From an uncultured Dehalococcoidia bacterium (lineage in GTDB: Bacteria; Chloroflexota; Dehalococcoidia; SZUA-161), in the NCBI GenBank assembly GCA_964574685.1, contig CAZNOI010000003.1:53408-117407 (forward strand): a stretch of DNA of 64,000 nucleotides, in the 5' to 3' direction. A program made the translations under genes and the position numbers. Each line of letters starts with the position of its first letter. The first letter of the stretch is position 1. Below are positions 34,821 through 44,921 of the stretch, in pieces. The notes beneath the pieces are model-generated. The model had not been told where the DNA came from. It saw only the letters and a program-made list of their open reading frames with translations, and ran no database searches.

Positions 34821-35672
34821 ATGGCTTTCTACAGGCGCTACGCAGTGCTTCTGTCAGCCATAGCTCTCGTGCTCATCCTCGTGGTGCTGTTGACCTCGCC
34901 GGCGTCCACACTCTCCCCCGGTGGTACTTTCATCGGCAGCGACTTGACCGGCACCGGTGGCGACGAGGTCCACGTGAGGACGAAGATAGACCTCAGCGAC
35001 GCGGAAGCACTGAGCGAGTTCCCGAAGCAGTTCGGGGTCTGGCAGGGCGAGGACGCATCGCAGTCCGAAATCGATGATATGCGTGAGACGCTTGGCGCTG
35101 ATGTCGTCCTGCTGCGCGACTATGAGAGAGCAGGGCTCTATCAACCGTTGGACGTTCTGGTCATGCAGGCCGAGACCGATGTCAGCTTCCGGCCGCTGGC
35201 TACGTGCTACGTAGCTCATGGCTACGACGTGGTGGAGGAGGGTAAGGAGACAGTATCGATGAGTGGCAATGGCTGGACGGAGGGGCAGGACCTCAGCCTG
35301 CCGCTCAGCAGGATGGTTGCTGTCAGACAGCGCGAAGGTGAGGTATACCAGCGGCTTGTTGTGCTGTACTTCTACTTGAGGGGCAATCAACTCAGCGGCG
35401 ATGCTGTAACCATGCTACGGGTGCAGGCTCTGGCGACTCCGGCGGGTTCCTACTCAGGGATCCTGAGCATGCAGAAGGACTTCATCGCTGAGGCTGTACC
35501 TCTCCTCTTCGAGCCCGATGAGCGAGCGGGCTGGAGACCGCTTGCAGTGAGGCTGGCGGGCGTGGGGGCGGGAGGGTACCTGGCTATGGCGCTGCTGCTT
35601 CTAATCCCCGTGGCGATCGCGGTCTACCCGAGGCTGAGAAGTGAAGAGAGACAGACTGGCGCCACGAGTTGA
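34821..35672 (+). CDS. exosortase-associated EpsI-like membrane protein (paralog 2)
   Basis: Same architecture as 33996-34811 (...GDEVHVRTKIDLSDAEA...LGADVVLLRDY...). Confidence 0.4.
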   Translation: MAFYRRYAVLLSAIALVLILVVLLTSPASTLSPGGTFIGSDLTGTGGDEVHVRTKIDLSDAEALSEFPKQFGVWQGEDASQSEIDDMRETLGADVVLLRDYERAGLYQPLDVLVMQAETDVSFRPLATCYVAHGYDVVEEGKETVSMSGNGWTEGQDLSLPLSRMVAVRQREGEVYQRLVVLYFYLRGNQLSGDAVTMLRVQALATPAGSYSGILSMQKDFIAEAVPLLFEPDERAGWRPLAVRLAGVGAGGYLAMALLLLIPVAIAVYPRLRSEERQTGATS

Positions 35673-36513
35673 CATAATACTTTCACGTGTCAAGAAGAGC
35701 CTGGTGCTGCTCCTCGTCCTGGTGGTTGTGGGTGTGTTCTATTGGCCGACCTTGCGGTGGCTGGGAAACGCATGGCTCTCCAATGACTACTACAGCCACG
35801 GCTTCCTGGTGCCCATCGTCGCCGGGTTTTTCGCGTGGCAGAACCGGAAGGCGCTTGTTGGAAGTGAACCTTCGATCACAGGTGTCTTCGCGCTCTCGGT
35901 AGCCGCCATCCTCTATGTCTTCGGAATCGTTCGAGACGAGCGCCTTCTGACTGGCCTTTCGCTGATTGTGCTCGTCGGCGGGATTGTGCTGTCCATCTGG
36001 GGTCTGAGGCGAGGAAGGGTGATGGCCTTCCCTATCTTCTTCCTTCTGTTCATGATTCCGTTTCCATTCGTGCAGGACCTGGGGTTCACGCTCCAGGGCG
36101 TGTCTGTGGAGTCATCTGCCTGGCTTCTCCGGCTGTTCGGCATGTCAGTCGACGTCGTGGGTCGGGAGTTGCACTTGGGCGACCTCGCCTTCACAGTCGG
36201 GCTGCCCTGCAGCGGCATCAACACGCTGATTGCACTACTGGCGTTGACAGCCGTCTACACCTACCTGCTGGCTGGTTCCTGGAGAAGAAGGGCATTCCTG
36301 TTCATCCTCGCTTTCCCGATTGCCATAGCGGCGAACATCCTGCGAGTCACGTCTATCGTGCTGGTTGCACGCTTCGGCAATGTCGACGTGGCTACCGGCG
36401 TCTATCACGATGTATCAAGTCCTCTCTTCTTCGCACTGGCCTTCCTTTGCATTGTGTTGCTCGCGCGATTGATGAAGTGTAAACTTGGCTTCGGGGTTCC
36501 AGGGCAAGAGTGA
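35641..36513 (+). CDS. exosortase/archaeosortase-family transpeptidase
   Basis: Polytopic membrane protein with conserved-looking VGLPCSGINTLIAL (Cys) and AANILRVTS (Asn/Arg) motifs. Confidence 0.6.
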   Translation: MKRDRLAPRVDIILSRVKKSLVLLLVLVVVGVFYWPTLRWLGNAWLSNDYYSHGFLVPIVAGFFAWQNRKALVGSEPSITGVFALSVAAILYVFGIVRDERLLTGLSLIVLVGGIVLSIWGLRRGRVMAFPIFFLLFMIPFPFVQDLGFTLQGVSVESSAWLLRLFGMSVDVVGRELHLGDLAFTVGLPCSGINTLIALLALTAVYTYLLAGSWRRRAFLFILAFPIAIAANILRVTSIVLVARFGNVDVATGVYHDVSSPLFFALAFLCIVLLARLMKCKLGFGVPGQE

Positions 36514-37340
36514 TAGACCTTATCGTCGCTGTATTCCTGACGCTGCTTTCCATCCCGGTTGTTCTGCTCACGGACGGACCCTTCAGAGTCGTTCTCCCAG
36601 TAATCGTGCTTCTGCTCCTGCCCGGATACTGCCTCATGGCTGCTCTCTACCCCCGAAATGGGAGCATGCAGGGTCCCCAGAAGCTTGTGCTCAGTATCGT
36701 ATCCAGTCTGGCGATCGTACCTCTTACGATGCTGGCGCTCAACTTCACTCCCTGGGGGCTGGGCCTGGTTTCCGACACAGCGGCCATGTCGACCGTAATC
36801 CTGATACTGGCGACGACCGCCTTCGTGCGCCGGGCTCGTCTGCCGCGTGAAGAGCGCCCGCACTTTACGCGGCCGCGCATACGGCGTCCACAGCTTGACG
36901 GGGGGACGAAGGCGGATATGGTGATCTCCCTGGTACTGGTAATGGCTATTGCCGGCGCAGGCTGGGGACTCCACTACGCCGTTACCACTCCCAGCCACGA
37001 AGATGCGTTCACCGACTTCTATCTGCTCGGCGGTGACGGTCTCATAGGTGACTACCCCACCGAGCTTGCGCCGGGTGAGTCCGCCAATGTGACAGTCGGA
37101 GTTGTCAATCACGAGAACGAGGATGTGGACTACAGCGTCGATCTCCTTCTCGATGGACAGCCGATGAAGCACTACGGGCCGGTACTGCTCGCGGATGAGG
37201 AGGAGTGGAGCAGGGTAATACACATAGCCATCAGTGAAGAGGGCGAGAGGCACCGGGTTGAGTTCATCCTGCGCAGGGGCAGTGAGACCGAGCCTTACCG
37301 GTCGCTGCACCTCTGGATAGACGTGAGAGAGCGGCAATGA
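36510..37340 (+). CDS. DUF1616-like membrane protein
   Basis: Four N-terminal TM helices plus C-terminal beta-rich soluble domain. Weak family call. Confidence 0.35.
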   Translation: MIDLIVAVFLTLLSIPVVLLTDGPFRVVLPVIVLLLLPGYCLMAALYPRNGSMQGPQKLVLSIVSSLAIVPLTMLALNFTPWGLGLVSDTAAMSTVILILATTAFVRRARLPREERPHFTRPRIRRPQLDGGTKADMVISLVLVMAIAGAGWGLHYAVTTPSHEDAFTDFYLLGGDGLIGDYPTELAPGESANVTVGVVNHENEDVDYSVDLLLDGQPMKHYGPVLLADEEEWSRVIHIAISEEGERHRVEFILRRGSETEPYRSLHLWIDVRERQ

Positions 37341-38086
37341 GCCTTGCGCGAGTCCTGGTCCTCTGCATTGCCGCCCTGGGAGCGGCCGAGGCGGTCACGA
37401 TCTTCGTGTCACAGGTTGGCGGTGTCGTGATGCACATGGCACTGCTGGCCGCCCTGGTTGTTCTGGCGGTTCGTTGGCGCGGCGAGTCCTCGCACAGGCT
37501 GATGATCGCGCTGGGTCTGGCACCACTCACGAGAATACTCAGCCTTTCGATGCCTCTTTCCGAGATCGCTGATGTCTACTGGTACGTGATAATCGCGGTC
37601 CCGCTCCTTGTCGGGGTATTCGCAGTGATTCGCACGCTCGACCTCGGTCCGGACCAGGTCGGGCTCACGGCTCGGGCAATGCCGGTGCAGATACTCATTG
37701 GCCTGTCCGGTGCAGCCATTGGCGTTGTCGACTACCTCATCCTGGAGCCCGATGCGCTGATTCCCGCGCTGGACTGGCGCGAGATGATAGTACCGGTGAT
37801 TGTCCTCATGCTGGCTACCGGGCTGGCCGAAGAGTTGGCATTTCGCGGCGTGATGCAACGTGCTGCCACCGAGGTCTTGGCCCGCTGGGGCTGGGTTGCG
37901 GTAGCGATGGTGTACGCCCTGCTACAGATGGGGCACGGCTCTCTGTTCCATGGCCTGCTGGCGTTCGGTGTGGCTCTCTTCTTCGGCTGGACAGTGAGGA
38001 GGACAGGCTCGATCGTCGGGGTCAGCCTGTCGCACGGTCTGGCAAATGTGGGGCTGTATCTCGTTTACCCGTTCGTGTTCACCTAG
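37337..38086 (+). CDS. CPBP-family intramembrane metalloprotease (CAAX protease/Abi family)
   Basis: TM protein with EELAFRG (motif 1 EExxxR), FxxxH-like motifs (LFHGLLAFG) and a SHGLAN tail. Confidence 0.75.
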   Translation: MSLARVLVLCIAALGAAEAVTIFVSQVGGVVMHMALLAALVVLAVRWRGESSHRLMIALGLAPLTRILSLSMPLSEIADVYWYVIIAVPLLVGVFAVIRTLDLGPDQVGLTARAMPVQILIGLSGAAIGVVDYLILEPDALIPALDWREMIVPVIVLMLATGLAEELAFRGVMQRAATEVLARWGWVAVAMVYALLQMGHGSLFHGLLAFGVALFFGWTVRRTGSIVGVSLSHGLANVGLYLVYPFVFT

Positions 38087-38298
38087 CCGATAATGCGGAT
38101 TACCTCGATGCTGACGACGACGGCGAATGCAACAAGAAGAGGCAGGGAAAAGGTAACAGCGTAGCGCCTGAAGGCGAGCATAGCCGGCTTGCTGCTGGCA
38201 CCGGCGACCTCGCTGGCGGCCATCCATGCTATCAAGAAGATGACCATGGCTATCGTCACCGAGCCGGCAAGAGCGGTCGTGAGCAAGATGGCAGTCAT
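38083..38298 (-). CDS. possible small two-TM membrane protein (71 aa)
   Basis: MTAILLTTALAGSVTIAMVIFLIAWMAAS...LPLLVAFAVVVSIEVI with GGGAGG 11 nt upstream. It is only the tail of the listed 189-aa ORF. Confidence 0.25.
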   Translation of the reverse strand: MTAILLTTALAGSVTIAMVIFLIAWMAASEVAGASSKPAMLAFRRYAVTFSLPLLVAFAVVVSIEVIRIIG

Positions 38299-38387
38299 CT
38301 GAGGGACGACCTCCCGTTGCAGGTTAGCCGACACCGAACTGCAAGTCAAGGTCAGGGGCGCTCCGCCGCCGGAGAAGGAGGACTGGA

Positions 38388-38903
38388 ATAACCCCGATTG
38401 CGCACGTAGGCATCGCCCTTCCGGCTGCCTATGTCCTGAGGCTGAACCTCGTGATCGTGGCCGTCTGCGCGATCTTGCCGGACCTCGTGGACAAGCCGCT
38501 ATGGGCGCTCGGCATCGGGCCGGGCAGGTATGTCGGCCACTCGCTGGTCTTCGTCCTGGGCGTAGCCCTCGCGGCGGCGCTCGTGAAGCGTTCGTACGGT
38601 CTCGCGGCACTCGCCGGCGGCCTGTCTCATCTCCTTCTGGACTGGGTGGCAACCGGTCCGGTCGTCCCGTGGTTCTACCCGGTGGTGGACTACGGATTCC
38701 CTCCCCCAGCCTTCGAGCCTTCAGGTTTCTTCAGCAGGCTGTCAGGCTCGGTGCAGCAGTACTTCTTGCTCGATGTCGGGAACCAGTTGGTATGGGTAGC
38801 CGCCGTCTTCGCGGCGGCGCTTGTCGTGATCGGACTGCGCAGGCTCCATACGTCAAGGCGGAGGAGAGATGGGGTAGCCGTGAGCGAACCGGAGGAGTTC
38901 TAG
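38388..38903 (+). CDS. membrane-bound metal-dependent hydrolase (DUF457/YdjM-like); start codon uncertain
   Basis: ...PIAHVGIALPAAY...VAVCAILPDLVDKPLW...HSLVFVLG...LSHLLLDW. Frame is open back to 38328 with RBS GGAGAAGGAGG at 38371-38382 but no canonical start. Confidence 0.45.
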   Translation: MTPIAHVGIALPAAYVLRLNLVIVAVCAILPDLVDKPLWALGIGPGRYVGHSLVFVLGVALAAALVKRSYGLAALAGGLSHLLLDWVATGPVVPWFYPVVDYGFPPPAFEPSGFFSRLSGSVQQYFLLDVGNQLVWVAAVFAAALVVIGLRRLHTSRRRRDGVAVSEPEEF

Positions 38904-40190
38904 GTGGTGAGCCGGCTGTCAGTGGAAATCGGGAAGAGGTGGCGCGATTCGCTATTCCGGAACTCGCTGTACCTGATGGCGAGCTCCGCCGTCACCGCCG
39001 TGGTCGGCTTCCTGTTCTGGATGCTGGCTGCCAGGCTCTATCCGGCGGAAGATGTCGGCATCGCTTCGGCCGTCATCTCTGCGATGATGCTGATCGCGCT
39101 CCTCGCAACACTCGGCCTTGACTACGGCATAGTCAGGTTCCTGCCGGGCGCGGGCAGAGACAAGAATGACACAATCAACACCTGCCTCACACTGACCGGT
39201 CTGGCCGCGATCGCGATCTCCGTCGTCTTCGTCCTCGGTGTCGGGGTCTGGTCACCGGCGCTGTCGTTCCTGCGCGACAACTGGGCCCTGTTCCTCGCGT
39301 TCGTGGGGTTCTGCGCTGTCGGCACTGTATCCCTGCTCATTGGCAGGGCCTTCGTGGCCGAACGCAGGGCTGCCTACACCCTGCTGCAGGGTAGCATCTT
39401 CAACGTCTCCAGGCTCGGGCTGGTTGCAGGCCTGTCGGCGAGCTTCGCGGCGTTCGGCATCTACAGTTGCTGGGGCCTTGGCCATGCGATGGCTCTCGTC
39501 GTAGCCGCCTTGCTGCTGCTTCCCCGCCTGAGAACCGGATACCGGCCGATCCCGGCTATCAGGTCGGCAGTGGTGAGAAGGCTCTTGCGCTTCTCACTCG
39601 CCAACTATGTCACTGCGCTCCTGTGGACCGCGCCGTCCTTCATCCTGCCGCTGATGGTCGTGAACCGGCTCGGCGCAGAGGCGACCGCCTACTTCTACAT
39701 CGCCTGGTCGATCGCCAATGTCCTCTTCGTCGTGCCGCTGGCCACCTCGTTCACCCTGCTTGCCGAGGGCGCGCACGACGAGACCAGGCTCGCTGGCGAT
39801 GCGAAGAAGACCATCGCGCTCACCCTGTCGGTCATCGTTCCACTGATAGTCGTCCTGGCTGTCGTGGGGGACAGGGTCCTCAACGCCTTTGACCCCGCGT
39901 ACGCCGAGAACGGCTTCGACCTGTTGCGTCTCCTGAGCATCTCGGCGGTTCCCCTGAGCGTGAACTTCGTTTACTTCGGGGTGCTCAGGGTCCGGATGAG
40001 GATGCGGCCCGTTCTCCTCCTCAGCGGCTTCATAGCTGTGGCCACGCTCACGGCGAGCTGGTTCCTGCTGCCCGAAATGGATGTGCTCGGCCCCGGCGTC
40101 GCCTGGTTCGCCAGCCAGGGGATCGTTGCCGTACCGGTGTTGCTCTGGTCGCTGCGGGGTCTGCGGAGCGGCGCTAGCGGATCATCCTGA
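38904..40190 (+). CDS. polysaccharide biosynthesis/export flippase-like (Wzx/MOP family) membrane protein
   Basis: Twelve or more TM segments and an N-terminus SLFRNSLYLMASSAVTAVVGFLFWMLAARLY typical of oligosaccharide flippases. Confidence 0.55.
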   Translation: MVSRLSVEIGKRWRDSLFRNSLYLMASSAVTAVVGFLFWMLAARLYPAEDVGIASAVISAMMLIALLATLGLDYGIVRFLPGAGRDKNDTINTCLTLTGLAAIAISVVFVLGVGVWSPALSFLRDNWALFLAFVGFCAVGTVSLLIGRAFVAERRAAYTLLQGSIFNVSRLGLVAGLSASFAAFGIYSCWGLGHAMALVVAALLLLPRLRTGYRPIPAIRSAVVRRLLRFSLANYVTALLWTAPSFILPLMVVNRLGAEATAYFYIAWSIANVLFVVPLATSFTLLAEGAHDETRLAGDAKKTIALTLSVIVPLIVVLAVVGDRVLNAFDPAYAENGFDLLRLLSISAVPLSVNFVYFGVLRVRMRMRPVLLLSGFIAVATLTASWFLLPEMDVLGPGVAWFASQGIVAVPVLLWSLRGLRSGASGSS

Positions 40191-40408
40191 TGAGCACGCC
40201 GTCATAGCAGGCGATGTCTGTGGGCACGCTCGTGTTGAGCCTGAAGGCAGCTTTGCCGTGCAGGACCACAAGCGGCGGGTTCTCCCACGAAGCGTAGTCC
40301 CCACCAGCCTTGTGCAGCAGCAGGGCGCGGCCCGTGTAGTCCTCCGCCGCACCATACAGTCTCATTCTGGCATCCCCGGTGCCGATCCTCCTCAGGGTGC
40401 CGGAGACA

Positions 40409-40963
40409 TTAGCGATGCCGGTGTGCTCGGGTCATAACGAGGGTATTCGGAGCGCCGATGCTGTCGGTGGATGAAGTGCCGACTCCTTCCCAGAGCTGGA
40501 TACGGCTGATCACCGCGTTGCCCGAGTCGACCCAGAGGAAGAAGTAGAAGGTGTGGGACGAGCCGTCCCGCAGCAGGTCGAAGATGACAGCCTTCGAGTC
40601 TGCGTACACGGTGTCCGCTGCCAGCTTCTCGCCCGTCGTGTCCCAGTCGCTGTCGAACAGGCGGTGGTCCGCGTCCTGCTGGTCCACGTACACGCGGCAG
40701 TGCAGGTGCCCCGCCGTCATGGTATCGATGTTCACCGCCAGCCTTGCTGCTATTCTCTTGACCACCAGCCTGGGGTCAACCGGCTTCGCGAGCGCCATGC
40801 TGTGCGAGTAGTCCGCGTTGCCCACGCCGGCGGCCTCCACAGTCGCCGTTATCGTTCTCGTTCCTCCCTCCAGGTCGCCGGTGTCCTCCAGACCGGGTCC
40901 GTAGTCGATTGTATCCACCATCTCTGCGGTCGATATGCCGATCCTCATGCGTCCTCCTGTCAA
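40409..40963 (-). CDS. hypothetical protein
   Basis: 184-aa ORF. Its start overlaps the upstream ORF by ATGA (40960-40963). No recognisable motifs. Confidence 0.35.
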   Translation of the reverse strand: MTGGRMRIGISTAEMVDTIDYGPGLEDTGDLEGGTRTITATVEAAGVGNADYSHSMALAKPVDPRLVVKRIAARLAVNIDTMTAGHLHCRVYVDQQDADHRLFDSDWDTTGEKLAADTVYADSKAVIFDLLRDGSSHTFYFFLWVDSGNAVISRIQLWEGVGTSSTDSIGAPNTLVMTRAHRHR

Positions 40964-41463
40964 ATCACGCGGTAGACTAACCTCGCCCGGCTGCTGCTGG
41001 TAACTGGGGCCCTGCCCTGGTCGGCCTCATCGCAGGAGATGACGAGCCTGATCTCGCAGGGGACTGCATCAAAGCCCGGCTGCGACGGGAAGCAGCCACC
41101 CCTCGCTCTCCCAACGTAGGCTGTCCCGATGTTCGTCTCCAGTACCGCCTCGTGCAGGTCCACCCAGGGACCGTCGCCGCTGCGCGCCTGCCATTTCCAG
41201 GTCATGTCCGCAGTCGGTGATGACACGGCTCTGAACTCGCCGACCAGGTCGAACTCGGCCCGGAGAATCCTGCCTTCAACGAGGGGATCGATGGTCTTCG
41301 AGAAGACGATGGTCTCGACTCCGGCGTCGGCCGTCGTTACCTCATCCGAGACCTGGACGCCGCTCTGCGTCAGCGCTCCCGACACCAGCCTGTCCTCGAA
41401 GTCCACCAGGGGGTCGAGGCGCACAGGCAGCTCCTGCGGGCCCGAGACGATGCCTTTGACCAT
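40960..41463 (-). CDS. hypothetical protein
   Basis: 167-aa ORF, first of a three-ORF minus-strand set (41463->40174). No recognisable motifs. Confidence 0.35.
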   Translation of the reverse strand: MVKGIVSGPQELPVRLDPLVDFEDRLVSGALTQSGVQVSDEVTTADAGVETIVFSKTIDPLVEGRILRAEFDLVGEFRAVSSPTADMTWKWQARSGDGPWVDLHEAVLETNIGTAYVGRARGGCFPSQPGFDAVPCEIRLVISCDEADQGRAPVTSSSRARLVYRVI

Positions 41464-41662
41464 TACTGCCTCCTTGGAACATTAGTTCTCATCGAGCCTA
41501 GGGCATGCTCTACGGCAGTGTCAAGGGAGAAGGGTCGTTCCAGCGCCACGTGTCGCCGGAACGACCCGGTACTATCGTCCGCGACGCCGGCTGCCAAAGT
41601 ACCTTGACGGAGTGTACGTTCGCCCCATATCCGGCTGCGCGACGCGACAATAGCATGTAGCT

Positions 41663-43309
41663 GTGGGCTGTTGCGGGGGCACGTGCGGCGATGTGACAGC
41701 CCGACTCTTCATCGGGGTGGACATCAGTTTGACTGGGAGTCGCAAGAGAACCAGCTTGGCGCTGATAGTGACAATGCTGGCAGCAGGTGTTGTGGCCAGT
41801 CTGTCTGCAGTTGTCGAGACATCATCCGATGCTAGGACTGCACCGGTATTCCCGACCAGACCTGGTTATGGCATAGTCTCGTCGGCCGGGCCACTCGAGG
41901 AATCCATCGACTGGTCAGAGGGAAACACCTCCGAAGTCACGATAGTGGCCGCACATAACACGCCAGAGAGGGGGGCCGCCGATTACATCTGTAACGGTGT
42001 GGCCGACGACCAGACTGTGCAGGCAGCTATCGATTCGCTCCCCGACAATGGTGGTGAAGTGCTCCTGCTGCCGGGGGACTACCGATTCTCGGCGGATGGT
42101 GAGTACTGCGTGGAGATACCGGATAACGTAGTGTTGCGTGGGAATCGAGGCGACCCCGCTCGAATAGGCTTGGTGGGTCAGCCTTCGAAGGGGATGTTCG
42201 TTACGGACGACTGGAGGTGGAACCCTCCTTATGCGAAGGTCTCGAACGTGACCTTGAGAAACCTGGTCATCGATGCCGGAAGTCCGAAAGGCTTCTGGCG
42301 AGAGGGAGATTGGGGTAATCATTGGGACTTCTTCGCGCTCTGTGGTTCCATAGAGCACCTGGTAGTGGACAACGTGCACTTCAAGTCTCGAAACCCCGGA
42401 GAGGTGACTACAAGATTGTTTCTGTGGCAGTGCAATGATGTCAGCATCCTGAACAGCACTTTCGAAGGGGTCGCGATCTGGCTATTCAGCCATACCGACA
42501 ACGACGATCCCGCCTCGATAACGGGTGGAGACGCGTTGGTAGAAGGCTGCCTCTTTTCCGATACGTGTGACAAGATGGCCATAGGTGCGAATATGAAGGG
42601 ATTGACGATCCGCGGCAATCGCTTTCGTGATTGCAGGAGCACGGCAATAGATGTGGGCATAAGCCCGAACGCACTGGTTGAGCAGAACAGCATAATGGGA
42701 GCGGCAGGGAACGGCATCTACGGAGAGGGCGGGTACGGTCAGGTCTTTCGCGACAATGCCGTCGACGGCGTCCTGGCTGACGAGCCCGGTGGCTGGAATG
42801 GGTTCGGGATCGCGCTGAGAGATAACCTGCATATGCGGCTTGGGGGGGATTCGCTCATCGAGGGCAACACCATCACCAATTGTGGGAACGGACTTGCAGT
42901 TATGGGCGTACCGAATGTGAGCGTTTCGGGCAACGTGATTGCTGGGATTGATGCTCGTGCGATACAGGTAGGATGTGTCGTGGATGAAGGATTGTACTTC
43001 GATGGCATTCCTTCGTTCAGCGATGACTGCCTTATCTCAGGAAACACGATTGTCGACTTCGGGCGCGCCGCCGGGTTCAGCAAAGGGGTTCTTCTTGTCG
43101 ACGTTCGTAACTGCGTGGTAAGCAGCAATCTCATCGACGGGCTCGGCAACGCAGGTGCCCTGTCTGGAGTAGAGGTCCTGTGCTGGCAGGGGCGAAGAGG
43201 ACACGAGACTATATCGCATCTGTTCTCTGGTCGTCCCGGGGCGAACATCATCGAGAACAACGCGATCTCTGGGGTATCCGAGCCGATTAGATATGCTGGA
43301 CAGGAATGA
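41663..43309 (+). CDS. secreted right-handed parallel beta-helix (PbH1/NosD-like) repeat protein
   Basis: Signal/anchor. Repeated GN.I.N...G..I.G motifs (IRGNRFRDC..., ALVEQNSIMGAAGNGIY, IEGNTITNCGNGLAV, VSGNVIAGIDA, ISGNTIVDFG, VSSNLIDGLGN). Confidence 0.65.
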   Translation: MGCCGGTCGDVTARLFIGVDISLTGSRKRTSLALIVTMLAAGVVASLSAVVETSSDARTAPVFPTRPGYGIVSSAGPLEESIDWSEGNTSEVTIVAAHNTPERGAADYICNGVADDQTVQAAIDSLPDNGGEVLLLPGDYRFSADGEYCVEIPDNVVLRGNRGDPARIGLVGQPSKGMFVTDDWRWNPPYAKVSNVTLRNLVIDAGSPKGFWREGDWGNHWDFFALCGSIEHLVVDNVHFKSRNPGEVTTRLFLWQCNDVSILNSTFEGVAIWLFSHTDNDDPASITGGDALVEGCLFSDTCDKMAIGANMKGLTIRGNRFRDCRSTAIDVGISPNALVEQNSIMGAAGNGIYGEGGYGQVFRDNAVDGVLADEPGGWNGFGIALRDNLHMRLGGDSLIEGNTITNCGNGLAVMGVPNVSVSGNVIAGIDARAIQVGCVVDEGLYFDGIPSFSDDCLISGNTIVDFGRAAGFSKGVLLVDVRNCVVSSNLIDGLGNAGALSGVEVLCWQGRRGHETISHLFSGRPGANIIENNAISGVSEPIRYAGQE

Positions 43310-43365
43310 ACGTCATGACAACCGAGGCTTACCGGTCAATCGTCTTGCGCTTCTCTCGCTGCCTG

Positions 43366-44921
43366 TCAGCGATGATACCGCGAGCGAAGTCCCTTGGCGC
43401 GACGAACCAGCTTCTCCGTTTCAGTGGTCTCATGCCAGACCGCAGGGCGTCTTGCTGGATCCGAGTCCGCAGTGAACAGCTCCCTCAGTACTCTGCCGTC
43501 AGAATCGCCCGTTAGAGACAAACCAAGGGCATGCAGGATGGTCGGCGCAACGTCATACATTGATACCCCGGCTATTTCGCCCAATGAGGTCACGGCATCT
43601 CCGTAGGCGAGGAAGATACCCATTACATCGTGGTTTCCAGTCTCCCTGTGCGCTGGGATTATTGGCCGATCTTGATAGTGCGGGGTTGGAGCGTAGCCTT
43701 CTGCCATAGCGGGTAGAACAACTATGTCGGCGAATTCGTGAGCGTACGGGGCCCCGCCGTACAGCTCATCAGCATCATAGACGGCCGCCAGAGGATTTAC
43801 CCCGGTATCAGGGTCTCGCCAGTTCTTCAGGTACTGCATCAAGTCGGACTTGAGCTGGCTTGACCGCTCGGGTTGGACTGTACCGTTGTCGAATCTCGAT
43901 TCGGAGTTCAGCATGATCTCACAGAAGCTGGTGAGGGAAAACGCGAGTGTGTTGTCCCAGTCGATCCTTCTGGCCTTGTCAGCGTCGGTCTCCATGAAGT
44001 GGTCTTTCAATCGGGTACGCAGTGAAACCGGGACCGCATTGACAAGTGGATCGAGGCCCAGGTCATGTAGTGCGTAACGCACGGCTGTGACCATGTTCTG
44101 ACCTGTGCGTCTGTATTTCAGATACCCGCCCTTTTCCAGGTATGCGTTGAGAGAGAACTGGCGTTGAATCTGCGCGAAGCCGTGGTCAGAAGCCAGAATC
44201 AGTAGCGTATCCTTGTCAAGGCACGTCCTGATGAGGTGTTCTATCTCCTCGTCAAGGAAGTAGTAGAAGTCGCGAATAGCTTTCGGGTTCCACCACAGGT
44301 GCTGCAGACGGTCAGTCTCCGTCACAACCAGGGACATGAACTCGAATCGGTCTTCGGACGCAAGACGCTCGAACAGCCGGAACCTTCGGTCAGCGGCATG
44401 GCGGAGTGCGGAGGGGAAACGCTGACCTTGCCCATAGATTCGAAAGTCAAGGTCAATCACGTAGTCCGGCATACTTCGCAGGATCTCGTCCCTCAACTCG
44501 GGAGGGTACGTGAACTGTGAACCGACCCCCGGCGTTTGCATACCGGATACAACGAGACCACTGATCTTCTGAGGGGGATACGTGATAGGCAAGTTGACAA
44601 GGAGACTCCTTCCACCGTTGTCACCTACGTGGTCCCAGATGGCCCTGGCCCGAAGGCTGTCAGACAGGCAGAGGGATATGGAGTGGTCTCTGTTGACCTT
44701 GGTGAAGTTGAAGTAGCCGTGCTTGCCGGGGCTGACGCCGGTCATTATGGCACCCCAGCCACTAGGTGTACCGGGAGGGATGGTGCTGGGCATGCGGCCC
44801 CAGGCACCGCCACGCATCAGGTGCGCGAATGTGGGGAGGTATCCCTCCTGTGCAAGGGGCGCAATGATGTCCCATGTTCCGCCATCGAGACCGAGCAATA
44901 TCACACGTTTGACGGTGGTCA
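43366..44921 (-). CDS. alkaline phosphatase / nucleotide pyrophosphatase (type I phosphodiesterase) family protein
   Basis: VILLGLDGGTWDII...GAIMTGVSPGKHGYFNF...ILASDHGF... metal-binding motifs. TTG start at 44921 after GGAGGA. Confidence 0.75.

Noticed and set aside
38083-38652. Full-length 189-aa minus-strand ORF as a gene
   Set aside because: The N-terminal 118 aa are Arg/Pro-rich and antisense to the CPBP protease and DUF457 genes. Only the terminal 71-codon TM segment is plausible.
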